Below, in pieces: positions 9,536 to 18,377 of a DNA stretch of 64,000 nucleotides (position 1 is its first letter; each line of letters opens with the position of its first letter). The notes beneath the pieces were generated by a model that searched no databases, was not told the DNA's origin, and saw only the letters and a program-made list of their open reading frames with translations. Location: assembly GCA_963733535.1 (NCBI GenBank), contig CAVTDR010000006.1, positions 1,505,348 through 1,569,347 of the forward strand. The letters run 5' to 3'. This stretch comes from an uncultured Bacteroidota bacterium (GTDB taxonomy: Bacteria > Bacteroidota > Bacteroidia > Bacteroidales > UBA10428). The position numbers and the translations under genes are program-made.

Positions 9536-10583
9536 CTTTAAGCTTCAGCTTTAAATCTGTAACATATATATCATTCACGGGACCTGACGTAAGCGTAAAC
9601 TGTTCATGATATAACAAATTAAGTCTTTTCAGGGTATTATTGAAACCTATCCCTGAAGCCCCGTTTAATTCGCCGGAAGGGTGTTCTACTATCGGATTTT
9701 CAACATGCAATTTTAATTCCTGTGCTGATTGGCTGATATGAATAAAAATAGTGCCACCTTTCTCCGTATCAACACCATGCTTAAAAGCGTTTTCAATAAA
9801 TGGCAATAATAAAAGGGGCTCAATTACGGAGTCTTCCTCCAGATCGGTTTTGAAAACCACCTTCACGTGAGAAGGCAGCCTCAGTCGCTGTAATTCTATA
9901 TAATTGGCGATATATTCCAATTCTCCTGAAACAGGCACCACGCTATGTTCAGTTTCATAAATGATATATCGCATGATTCCTGAAAGTTTGATAATGGCTT
10001 CAGGAGTTTTGTCTGATTTGATAATGGCAAGCGAATAGATACTGTTCAGCGTATTGAAGAAGAAATGCGGATTTATTTGTGATTTTAATAAAGATAGTTC
10101 TGCACCCAGTTTCTGGTTTTCCATCTCTTTTTTCTGCTTTTCATTGCCATACCAATTTTGAGTAACCTTGATACTGGTTCCCAATCCCAATAAAGCAAAG
10201 CAAAATAAAACCGCATTATAACCTCTGTATCGGGGTGATTTCTTTTGACTTTTTACCCGATCTTTAGCTTCTTCCTTGTTGGCTGACTGTTCTTTCTGAT
10301 GGATATTACGGATATAAAATTCATTGGCTGAATAGGTAAAAACGAGCATTAAAAAAATAAACAGGAAATAGGTCAGAAATTTTCGTTTACTAAGATATTT
10401 GGGGATAAGCCATACATAGTTGATGTAAAAACACAGGATCACATTGAACCAAAAAAGATAATCTCCAAAATTGGCCGGAAGTTTCACCTCAGTCTGCAGA
10501 ACAAGGGGGGGCAGCAGATAGAGCAATATCCATCCAGCTATATGATACACAATCCGGAGTATTTTACGAAAAATCATCTGCAA
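9513..10583 (-). CDS. Sensor histidine kinase (LytS/His_kinase PF06580 type)
   Basis: It has N-terminal TM helices and the QINPHFFFNTLNSIYSL H-box typical of LytS-type kinases. It overlaps the downstream LytTR regulator gene. Confidence 0.8.
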   Translation of the reverse strand: MQMIFRKILRIVYHIAGWILLYLLPPLVLQTEVKLPANFGDYLFWFNVILCFYINYVWLIPKYLSKRKFLTYFLFIFLMLVFTYSANEFYIRNIHQKEQSANKEEAKDRVKSQKKSPRYRGYNAVLFCFALLGLGTSIKVTQNWYGNEKQKKEMENQKLGAELSLLKSQINPHFFFNTLNSIYSLAIIKSDKTPEAIIKLSGIMRYIIYETEHSVVPVSGELEYIANYIELQRLRLPSHVKVVFKTDLEEDSVIEPLLLLPFIENAFKHGVDTEKGGTIFIHISQSAQELKLHVENPIVEHPSGELNGASGIGFNNTLKRLNLLYHEQFTLTSGPVNDIYVTDLKLKLKDDEMSHS

Positions 10584-10762
10584 ACCGATATGGAGGTAAA
10601 TTTAGTGTATTGATGATGAGTACAGGCCATAATACAAAAAAAATAGATATAATGGTATTTTCTAACGACCAATAGGGCGCTATTTTCAAATCGCCTATAA
10701 ATATAACATATCAGATTGATGGCCGAATATTATAAAATTCCTATTTTCACAAAAATTTACGT

Positions 10763-11863
10763 ATGAGAAAGCTTAGAGTTGCCGTTATATTTGGAGGCAG
10801 ATCTGCTGAACATGAAGTATCTCTTCAGTCGGCCCGAAATGTTATTGAATCATTGGATAAAAACCGTTTTGAACCTGTTCTGATTGGAATTGATAAAGAG
10901 GGTCGTTGGTTTTTGAACGAGAATTCAATGCAATTGCTGAATGCAGGTGACCCAAGATATATAAAGCTTTCAACTTCCCAGAAACAAATTGCCCTTACGC
11001 CAAATGGTACGGGCAGTCAGTTAATTCGTCTCAATAGCAATGATCAGGTTGAATCTGTGGACGTTATTTTTCCGGTTTTGCATGGACCCTTCGGTGAAGA
11101 TGGTACCATACAGGGTTTGGCAAAACTTGCCAATTTGCCTTGCGTAGGTGCAGGCATTTTAGGCAGTTCGGTTGGTATGGATAAAGATGTAATGAAAAGA
11201 CTGTTGCGTGATGCCGGCATTCCGATTGGTAAATTTATAACACTTACCGCTGGAAACCGTGACATGTTTTCTTATTCAGCCCTTACGGCTCAGCTTGGGA
11301 AAACATTATTTATTAAGCCGGCTAATCTGGGCTCATCAGTAGGTATTTCCAAAGTAAGAAATGAAGAAGAATATATAAAAGCTGTGGATCTGGCCTTGAG
11401 TTATGATCTGAAGGTTGTTGTGGAGGAGGAAATAAAGGGTCGCGAAATTGAATGTGCTATTCTTGGTAATGAGAACCCCATCGCTTCCATACCCGGAGAG
11501 ATTATTCCTCATACGGACTTTTATTCTTATGAGGCTAAATATATTGATGATAAAGGTGCAGGACTGGATATTCCGGCAAAATTATCGGAGTCGCTGGTTC
11601 AGAAAGTGCAGGAAATTGCTATTGCTACCTATAAAACATTGGAATGTTTAGGGCTTGCCCGGGTGGATGTTTTTCTGACTCCCGATGAAAGAATTATTGT
11701 CAATGAAATCAATACCATACCTGGCTTTACTAAAATCAGCATGTATCCGAAATTGTGGGAAGCCAGCGGAATCACTTACAGTGACCTGGTAACCCGATTA
11801 ATTGAGTTGGCTATTGATGATTTTCAAAAGCGCAATCGCCTGAAGGTATCGGTAGAACTATAA
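10763..11863 (+). CDS. ddl: D-alanine--D-alanine ligase
   Basis: The N-terminus is MRKLRVAVIFGGRSAEHEVSLQSA. It has ATP-grasp motifs and is 366 aa, the long DdlA-type form. Confidence 0.9.
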   Translation: MRKLRVAVIFGGRSAEHEVSLQSARNVIESLDKNRFEPVLIGIDKEGRWFLNENSMQLLNAGDPRYIKLSTSQKQIALTPNGTGSQLIRLNSNDQVESVDVIFPVLHGPFGEDGTIQGLAKLANLPCVGAGILGSSVGMDKDVMKRLLRDAGIPIGKFITLTAGNRDMFSYSALTAQLGKTLFIKPANLGSSVGISKVRNEEEYIKAVDLALSYDLKVVVEEEIKGREIECAILGNENPIASIPGEIIPHTDFYSYEAKYIDDKGAGLDIPAKLSESLVQKVQEIAIATYKTLECLGLARVDVFLTPDERIIVNEINTIPGFTKISMYPKLWEASGITYSDLVTRLIELAIDDFQKRNRLKVSVEL

Positions 11864-11880
11864 ATCCCCTGTAAATAAAC

Positions 11881-11915
11881 AAAGCTCCCCATCCTGCGGG
11901 CAGGAGGAGAGCTTT
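11881..11915. terminator. Hairpin between convergent genes (likely bidirectional terminator)
   Basis: The sequence aaagctccccatcctg-cggg-caggaggagagcttt forms a long, nearly perfect stem. It lies between the ddl stop and the stop of the minus-strand gene at 11945. Confidence 0.5.
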
Positions 11916-11944
11916 GAGGGTATAAAACACAACGCGTATATTTT

Positions 11945-12583
11945 TTAGAATCTTCCAAATTTGAAAGTTACTCCGCCGGAAAATCCTCTTAAGATATCAG
12001 GATCCACATGGTATTCTGTTTCCTGTATATCCACATCAGAAGTATACCTGTAATAGGCGCCCACGCAGAATTTGAAAAAACGGGTTACATTCAGCTCAAC
12101 CTCCACGCCCGGTTCAATCACCATAAAAGCATCTGAAGCTTCAGATTCATACTCATCCCATCCGTCGTCATCCGAGGTTACAACAGAAACACCACCTGCA
12201 CCAATTAGAATCGGAAATGAAACATGTACAGGAAATCTTGGCATGATGATGGGTTCAAAGAAGAAACCGCCATATCCGCCGGCTAAACTAACATCCTGGT
12301 CTATTGTAGCATCATGCTGAACATCATTAAAAAATCCGGATCCGCCTAAACCAATTGCCATCATATGACCAACAACAACGGCTCCTCTGGCCCCAAAAAC
12401 AAATGCATCACGGCCTTCCAGTTCGGTGTATTGTATCATCAGTGCACCATAACCGCCAACTGAGTTGTTTTTCCCCATCAATGTCTGGATCTCACCATCC
12501 TTTGAAGAAGTCGGTTCATCATCCTGTGCAAAAGCCGGAATTGCAAGAAAAATAATTGCTAAAAATAATATTAACTTTTTCAT
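11945..12583 (-). CDS. Hypothetical outer-membrane protein (Gly-rich beta-barrel-like)
   Basis: The signal peptide is MKKLILFLAIIFLAIPAFAQ. The protein has Gly-rich segments and ends ...GVTFKFGRF. It is the last gene of the ECF-sigma operon. Confidence 0.5.
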   Translation of the reverse strand: MKKLILFLAIIFLAIPAFAQDDEPTSSKDGEIQTLMGKNNSVGGYGALMIQYTELEGRDAFVFGARGAVVVGHMMAIGLGGSGFFNDVQHDATIDQDVSLAGGYGGFFFEPIIMPRFPVHVSFPILIGAGGVSVVTSDDDGWDEYESEASDAFMVIEPGVEVELNVTRFFKFCVGAYYRYTSDVDIQETEYHVDPDILRGFSGGVTFKFGRF

Positions 12584-12606
12584 ATGTATTTGATTTTCAG
12601 TTTATA

Positions 12607-13119
12607 TTAAAATCTGTATTTGATTGAGATGCCTGCGCTTTGCAGGTATATGCTGAATATCTGAATTGTTGAGTATTCAAAATAGGGTTTAATATCAACG
12701 CTTATGAGAAATGGAAAATCAGGAAAGCGGTATTCCAATCCGATGAGTCCGTCTACTCCAAATAAAGGAGTAAAGCGATATTCATCCAAACGATACACCC
12801 GATTTAGTATTCTGTATTGGTCGATATACCGGAATCCTATGTGCATTCCCATGCCGTATTGAAAATATAAATTATCAGAAACATGTCCCAGGGCTGGTTC
12901 AAAGTACTCCTTCAAAACTCCGATAGTGGCACCATGCCGACCAATAAAAACCATGGCTTCCAATGCCTGTCGGTCATCCTGATGGGTGCGGAATGAGGCG
13001 GTGAAATAATCGCCCACCCGGATACCCACATCACGGGTATAATTTTGTGCTGTCAAAGAACCTGTAAAGAAGAGAAGAATGAAAAATAACAAAAAAATTC
13101 TCATACTGTTTTTGTTCAT
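12607..13119 (-). CDS. Hypothetical small outer-membrane beta-barrel protein
   Basis: It has a signal peptide ending ...FFTGSLTAQ and alternating aromatic beta-strand pattern, and it ends ...ISIKYRF. It overlaps the upstream gene by 4 nt. Confidence 0.5.
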   Translation of the reverse strand: MNKNSMRIFLLFFILLFFTGSLTAQNYTRDVGIRVGDYFTASFRTHQDDRQALEAMVFIGRHGATIGVLKEYFEPALGHVSDNLYFQYGMGMHIGFRYIDQYRILNRVYRLDEYRFTPLFGVDGLIGLEYRFPDFPFLISVDIKPYFEYSTIQIFSIYLQSAGISIKYRF

Positions 13120-13910
13120 CGATGAATTAATTTTCCGGAACCCGATATTGATTTGGTAATTTGCGGATCGTTTAAATAATATACAATACCACTTCCGGCG
13201 ATAACTACATGGAGCGACTGATCCGCGTTCACTTCAGCAATACCCGATCCGGAAATTTCCACAAAACAATCGTTTGTAATCAATTCTTCACTTTCAAGCC
13301 GACCTGATCCAATAATGGTATGGCTTGCTGTGGAAGCGATTCCTTCGACAACTATTTTTCCCGAACCTGCAATTTTGGTGGTAATGGTCTCAGTGATCAT
13401 ATTGCATTCTATTTTTCCTGAACCATACAGGTCGAGCGATGTGGAAGGGCTTTCCACATGATTGAAATGAATGGCACCAGAACCCCAAATACCTAATGAC
13501 AGCGTTGGTGAACGAAGTCCGTCACAATATACAGAACTTGAGCCATAAATTCCCAGATTTTGTAGTGACTGTGTGGTCACTTTAAGAATAATCCGGTGGG
13601 ATGGTTTAATACATACGCCATCATGCGTTTTTACTATTAGTTTTCCATCACTTACTGTGGTAATGATTTCGTCAAGTAGATTTTCATCCACTGTAATTAC
13701 GGCAGTGTAATTACGTCCGGTATCAATTTGTACTTCATAATCGCCATCGACCTCAATCGCATTGAATTCTGTGAGTATCCGGTTTTCCACCCGTTTAACT
13801 CCATTCCCTTCAATACAATTATCAAAAAATTCTTCTTCGCATGAATGGATTAACGGGGAAAGTACAACAACCGCTAAAAGACCAATATATATTCCAGAAG
13901 TTTTCATCAT
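13116..13910 (-). CDS. DUF2807 / head-GIN-domain putative adhesin-like lipoprotein
   Basis: The tracked ORF is 13116..13979, and the likely start is MMKTSGIYIGLLAVVVLSPLIHSC (lipobox-like). GSGxI repeats recur through the protein: GSGKIECN, GSGKIVVEG, GSGRLESE, GSGIAEVN, GSGIVYYL and GSGKLIHR. Confidence 0.65.
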   Translation of the reverse strand: MMKTSGIYIGLLAVVVLSPLIHSCEEEFFDNCIEGNGVKRVENRILTEFNAIEVDGDYEVQIDTGRNYTAVITVDENLLDEIITTVSDGKLIVKTHDGVCIKPSHRIILKVTTQSLQNLGIYGSSSVYCDGLRSPTLSLGIWGSGAIHFNHVESPSTSLDLYGSGKIECNMITETITTKIAGSGKIVVEGIASTASHTIIGSGRLESEELITNDCFVEISGSGIAEVNADQSLHVVIAGSGIVYYLNDPQITKSISGSGKLIHR

Positions 13911-13951
13911 AGGGTTTTTACTTAATGACAAAAAGAATCTTAAAGGGTTGC

Positions 13952-15052
13952 TTATTGTTGAGAAATTGTGATGCTGCACTTTCTGGGTGCTTTGATATTT
14001 ACCTTGGAATCAGTGGCTCCTGAACCGAATGTTCCGGAAGTGTGATACAATTTATCGTCGGCATTGATGATGCGGGAGGATATTTTAGCATTGGATACAG
14101 GATATCCGAAGGTAACGGCCTGGTCATGTGTAAGGTCAAAAGCGAAGGACATTGGACGCGCAAACGAAAGCGAGATATCCGTCAACTCAGAACTAAGGGT
14201 GATTGAAGAAAATGTTCGCTGAATATCATCAATGATAATATCTCCGAAGCGACTAACCATGGAGACTTCGTTTTTCAGCAGGCCCAGGTTAATATTCGAA
14301 AAATAGCTTTCACCGGATAGTGAGCCGATTTCATTTATAAATAGTTTATCCCGTCGCGAATTGAGTTTCAGGGTATTGATTTTTTCAATCGTAATAACAG
14401 AGGATTGAGATTGTGCCGTTAAACGGTTTGTTTCCCTTATATGAAAATTGGCATAGGAGCTGATAATATATCCTTCTTTCAGATAGTTGATATCAGCATC
14501 TCCTGACGAAATTTTTAAATCGGCCCGGCCATTTAATCTATTGGCTTTCAGATCGCCATAGGAAAGTGAAAGATTCACAGTTCCATCATGATCTTCAAAA
14601 AAGACATCTCCGAATTTATTTTCAATTTTAATGGCAGCATGTGCAGGAACCATTACGGTATAATTAATGGTAACGGAGTTGGATGATGAAAAATACGATC
14701 CGGCAATATCCACGATATCTTTAATCACATCGGTTCCATTTTCACCGAGTTTCGTACGTGCAATAAGGAAATATTGGCTTATAGTAAACTCAAAATCAAC
14801 ATTCTGTTTAATTTTTTCTACCTTTTGCTTATCCTTGGCTTTAATCCGTAAATCAATATCAAATCTTACAGAGTCATTATTCCATGGTATAATCTGAACC
14901 CTGCCGTATTTATTATAAATCTCCACATTTACAGCGCTGCTCACCCGATACGATTTTGACAAATGCCGGTGATAATCAGTAATCTGTGAGTAGCCTGTAG
15001 CACAGAATACAATAAGGAGAAAAAATATGGAAAATTTAAAGCGCATATTCAT
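13952..15052 (-). CDS. DUF4097-like beta-strand-repeat protein (putative adhesin fold)
   Basis: It has a signal peptide (FFLLIVFCATGYSQ). Repetitive short beta-strand units such as GDVFFEDHDGTVNLSLSYGDLKANRLNGRADLKISSGDADI resemble DUF4097. Confidence 0.55.
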   Translation of the reverse strand: MNMRFKFSIFFLLIVFCATGYSQITDYHRHLSKSYRVSSAVNVEIYNKYGRVQIIPWNNDSVRFDIDLRIKAKDKQKVEKIKQNVDFEFTISQYFLIARTKLGENGTDVIKDIVDIAGSYFSSSNSVTINYTVMVPAHAAIKIENKFGDVFFEDHDGTVNLSLSYGDLKANRLNGRADLKISSGDADINYLKEGYIISSYANFHIRETNRLTAQSQSSVITIEKINTLKLNSRRDKLFINEIGSLSGESYFSNINLGLLKNEVSMVSRFGDIIIDDIQRTFSSITLSSELTDISLSFARPMSFAFDLTHDQAVTFGYPVSNAKISSRIINADDKLYHTSGTFGSGATDSKVNIKAPRKCSITISQQ

Positions 15053-15599
15053 TCGATTTTGAAATGCATCCTTCCTGCAAAGGTTCCAGTTCTTTCAACA
15101 GATCCTCCAAAATGGATATTTTCAGCCTGTAATTTTCAATAATGGCTTCAATAACATCCTGATTGGCCATATTGTCTTTCAGGTCTCTTTTTAATTCGGT
15201 GTAAACACTGTCCAGTTCCGACATGTCATAGTCTACTTCTTCCTGAAGGGAGGGACAGTTTGCAATCACCGGTTTAAGTTCACTCAGCTTCTGATTTACC
15301 AATCCGGTATAATAGGCTTCGGCTTCATTCAATCCGGGAATGACATTTTCTTTAGAATGTTTTTTGCCTTTCATTCCCAGGAACGATTTGTTATCAGACC
15401 GATCCATAAGTTCATGAAAAAGGAATGAAGCTCCAAAAATGAGGATAACTATGGCAGCCCGTTTTGAAACAAGCATCCAGTTAATCTTTCGCGTTTTGCG
15501 AATATCTTTCTGAACCTTTTCCCAAATGGCGGGATCCGGATCGCGAAAATCAAAATTTCCGCTGTTATCGCTGATGAATTTTTCAAACCTGTCTTTCAT
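15036..15599 (-). CDS. Single-pass membrane protein, candidate anti-sigma factor
   Basis: It overlaps the ECF sigma gene by 17 nt. It has one TM (AAIVILIFGASFLFHEL) after a cytoplasmic N-terminus of about 45 aa. No zf-HC2 motif is visible. Confidence 0.5.
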   Translation of the reverse strand: MKDRFEKFISDNSGNFDFRDPDPAIWEKVQKDIRKTRKINWMLVSKRAAIVILIFGASFLFHELMDRSDNKSFLGMKGKKHSKENVIPGLNEAEAYYTGLVNQKLSELKPVIANCPSLQEEVDYDMSELDSVYTELKRDLKDNMANQDVIEAIIENYRLKISILEDLLKELEPLQEGCISKSNEYAL

Positions 15600-16140
15600 A
15601 CTGCTGGTTTAAAATAATTTCTTTCATTCTTTGTTTTGCCCTTGAATATTGTGACTTTGAAGTTGCTTCTGAAATTTCCAAGATTTGCGATATTTCTGCA
15701 TGATCATATCCTTCGAGGAGATAGAGTGAGAAGATGACCCTGTATCCTTCGGGCAGCTTTTCCATAGCATGTTGTACCTTTTCTATAGAAAGTCCGGGTA
15801 CGTCATCATCTCTATCATCCGATGCGGGTTGGTCTGCATATTGTTCCACCGGAACCAGATCGGCCTTCCTTTTTTTCAATGCATTAATACACTTATTGAT
15901 GGTAATGCGTTTTAGCCAGGCTCCAAAGGATGATTCATAGCGGAAAGTATCCAGCCTGTAAAAGGCTTCAGCAAATGCTTCCTGCAACATGTCTTCAGCC
16001 TCCTCCCTTTTATTCATCATCCTGTAGCAAATGTTATACATAGCTCTGGCATATAATTGGTAAAGTTGATGCTGAGCTTTGGAATTGCCGGCTTTACATA
16101 ATTCAATAATATCGGTATGTATGTCCTGGTAAAAGGCCAA
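15583..16140 (-). CDS. RNA polymerase ECF-type sigma-70 factor
   Basis: The 185-aa protein has region 2 (YARAMYNICYRMMNKREEAEDMLQEAF) and a region 4 HTH (HAEISQILEISEATSKSQYSRAKQRMKE). Confidence 0.85.
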   Translation of the reverse strand: MAFYQDIHTDIIELCKAGNSKAQHQLYQLYARAMYNICYRMMNKREEAEDMLQEAFAEAFYRLDTFRYESSFGAWLKRITINKCINALKKRKADLVPVEQYADQPASDDRDDDVPGLSIEKVQHAMEKLPEGYRVIFSLYLLEGYDHAEISQILEISEATSKSQYSRAKQRMKEIILNQQYERQV

Positions 16141-16290
16141 CTGAATAAATTTTTAATGCATTAATATATCATTTATACCAGCATAATCTGCCCATCATAG
16201 CTTTCTTTTAAAACTAAAGACAAAAAGCTTATCCGGGGGTTGCATCCCCTGTGAAAAATAATCACTTGCCGGAATATAATACTTATTGTA

Positions 16291-16812
16291 TTAGCCGGAT
16301 TTCCTATAGCATCCGGTTATTTCACCGATATAAAATTTGTGAAAGTCCTTTTCCTGATAATTCTGATCAATGATCTGTTTAGCCAGAAAATGTTCTTCTT
16401 TAATAAAATCAGTGTATATTTTTTTACATTCAATAACAAGTCGGCTTTGTTCGAAACTCACACATCCTGAAGGAGTTTCCAGGGGAGTGAGGCCGGTATT
16501 CAGGATTTTATCCACCGTTCTTCCGGAATGCGTGCCGCAATAATTCAAAACCTCTTTATGCGTATGATCAAAGAAGCTTAATGTATAGTGCTCCGATTTC
16601 TCCATAAAACCAAATGTATGGCGTTGTGGTCTCACAAAGCAAATAGTGATTGGCTTATTCCACAATATTCCGATGGTGCCCCAACTGGCGGTCATGGTAT
16701 TAAAATCACTCAGGCTCCCTGCAGTAATCAGCATCCATTCCTTTTGGATGACTTTAAAAAAATTATCTGTAAGTGCTTCTTGATTTGTTTTTGTGAATCG
16801 TTTATTAAACAT
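16291..16812 (-). CDS. Flavin reductase-like FMN-binding family protein
   Basis: The 173-aa protein contains ...WMLITAGSLSDFNTMTASWGTIGILWNKPITICFVRPQRHT..., which matches the flavin-reductase-like domain as I recall it. Confidence 0.7.
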   Translation of the reverse strand: MFNKRFTKTNQEALTDNFFKVIQKEWMLITAGSLSDFNTMTASWGTIGILWNKPITICFVRPQRHTFGFMEKSEHYTLSFFDHTHKEVLNYCGTHSGRTVDKILNTGLTPLETPSGCVSFEQSRLVIECKKIYTDFIKEEHFLAKQIIDQNYQEKDFHKFYIGEITGCYRKSG

Positions 16813-16983
16813 ATAGGTGCTTTATGGGACAAAAATAATGCTTTTCAATCACCATATGCGTAAAAATTCTGAACGTTTCTTTTATCCTCACTGACTGAAA
16901 ATCAGATTCTTTAGTAAATTTCAAAAGTTTTTATTCCATGAAGTTTGCGCTTTTATTCACCGTACGGGTTTTTTTTATAATTT

Positions 16984-16991
16984 TATTTTTG
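16984..16991 (+). promoter_or_regulatory. Candidate Bacteroidota -7 promoter box (TAnnTTTG)
   Basis: TATTTTTG lies 44 nt upstream of the MFS gene ATG (17035). Confidence 0.35.
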
Positions 16992-17034
16992 TTGTCTGAC
17001 CGCTTTCCAGGCTCCAACATAATCTCTTAAAATT

Positions 17035-18345
17035 ATGGCTATGAAGAAGGAATTAGCACCGGAGGGATACTTGTTTTCCCGTTCCTATACGAATTATGTT
17101 TTCGTATTATTATTTCTTCTGTATATGTTTGATTATGTCGACCGGATGGTTGTTACATCACTTTTCCCATTTCTAAAAGCCGACTGGAATTTATCAGATA
17201 CACAATGCGGTATGCTGGTTTCTGCTGTATACTGGTCCATTGTTTTACTGACATTTCCTGTATCTATTCTGATAGATCGTTGGAGTCGCCGGAAAACCAT
17301 TGGCATTATGGCTGTTGTATGGAGTGTGGCCACCGGAGTTTGCGCTTTTACACGTTCACTCCCTCAATTAATGACTGCAAGAACCTTTATAGGCGTTGGA
17401 GAAGCAGGTTATGCGCCTGGTGGTACTGCAATGATTGCTGCTTTATATCCTCAGGAAAAAAGATCTTGGATGATTGGATTATGGAATGCATCTATCCCTC
17501 TGGGGAGTGCAATAGGTATCGCCCTTGGAGGAGTTATTGCCCGATACTGGGGATGGCGTCATGCCTTCGGACTGGTTGCAATTCCGGGCCTGATCGTTGC
17601 TATTTTGTTCTTTTTCGTAAAAGATTATAAGACTGTAAATCTTAAGAAAACAGCCTCTCTCCCTCAGGAGAAGAATACCCGGAAAGAGGTTACCATGTCG
17701 ATTAAAGATATTTTAAAGGAGTTTACGAACAAGCCTTCGCTGATCTTTACATATTTTGGCATGTCTGCTGTGGTTTTCACCACAACCTCACTGCTAACAT
17801 GGTTGCCTACTTATTTTCACAGGGTGCAGCATTTACCGGAGGATCAGGCAGGAATTAAATCGAGTACCATTATGGTACTGGCACTTATAGGTGCACCGTT
17901 GGGTGGTTTCATTGCGGACCGGTGGAGAAAGAAAAAAATTAATGCCAGACTGCTATTTCCGAGCATCAGCACTTTATTATCTGCCTGTTTATTGTTTCTT
18001 GCTTTTGTTGTTTTTCCAGGCAAAATGCAATATTTATTGTTGTTGACAATGGGTGTGCTGATTACCGCTTTCATTTCTGCTGCATCTGCTGTTACTCAGG
18101 ATGTAGTACATGCCGGCATGCGTGCTATGTCGTATGCCATTGCTGTGGTTGTTCAAAATCTACTGGGAGCCTCAATGGGTCCCATTATTATGGGTGCGAT
18201 TTCCGATTATTCGAATATACAAACTGCTATGTCCTTCCTCCCTCTGGCATTACTTATTGCTTCCGTGTTATTTTTCGCCGGTTCGTTTTATTATGAGAAA
18301 GATTTGATGAAAGTAGAAAAAATAAACCTGGAGACGGCTGAATGA
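17035..18345 (+). CDS. MFS transporter, Spinster-like pattern
   Basis: It has 12 predicted TMs and MFS motif A (LIDRWSRRKTIG). The stretch VWSVATGVCAFTRSLPQLMTARTFIGVGEAGYAPGGTAMIAALYPQEKRSWMIGLWNASIPLGSAIG resembles the Spns-family signature as I remember it. Confidence 0.8.
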   Translation: MAMKKELAPEGYLFSRSYTNYVFVLLFLLYMFDYVDRMVVTSLFPFLKADWNLSDTQCGMLVSAVYWSIVLLTFPVSILIDRWSRRKTIGIMAVVWSVATGVCAFTRSLPQLMTARTFIGVGEAGYAPGGTAMIAALYPQEKRSWMIGLWNASIPLGSAIGIALGGVIARYWGWRHAFGLVAIPGLIVAILFFFVKDYKTVNLKKTASLPQEKNTRKEVTMSIKDILKEFTNKPSLIFTYFGMSAVVFTTTSLLTWLPTYFHRVQHLPEDQAGIKSSTIMVLALIGAPLGGFIADRWRKKKINARLLFPSISTLLSACLLFLAFVVFPGKMQYLLLLTMGVLITAFISAASAVTQDVVHAGMRAMSYAIAVVVQNLLGASMGPIIMGAISDYSNIQTAMSFLPLALLIASVLFFAGSFYYEKDLMKVEKINLETAE

Positions 18346-18377
18346 TTTGAACACAATTATTCTTAAAAACAATTCCG

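Noticed and set aside
17205-17630. 141-aa alternative-frame ORF rich in Cys and Arg inside the MFS gene, and similar long alternative-frame or antisense ORFs (2341-2754, 31722-32129, 44965-45399, 26463-26937)
   Set aside because: All are embedded in genes with strong family motifs in another frame. They lack motifs, signal sequences or independent start context, and are typical shadow ORFs.
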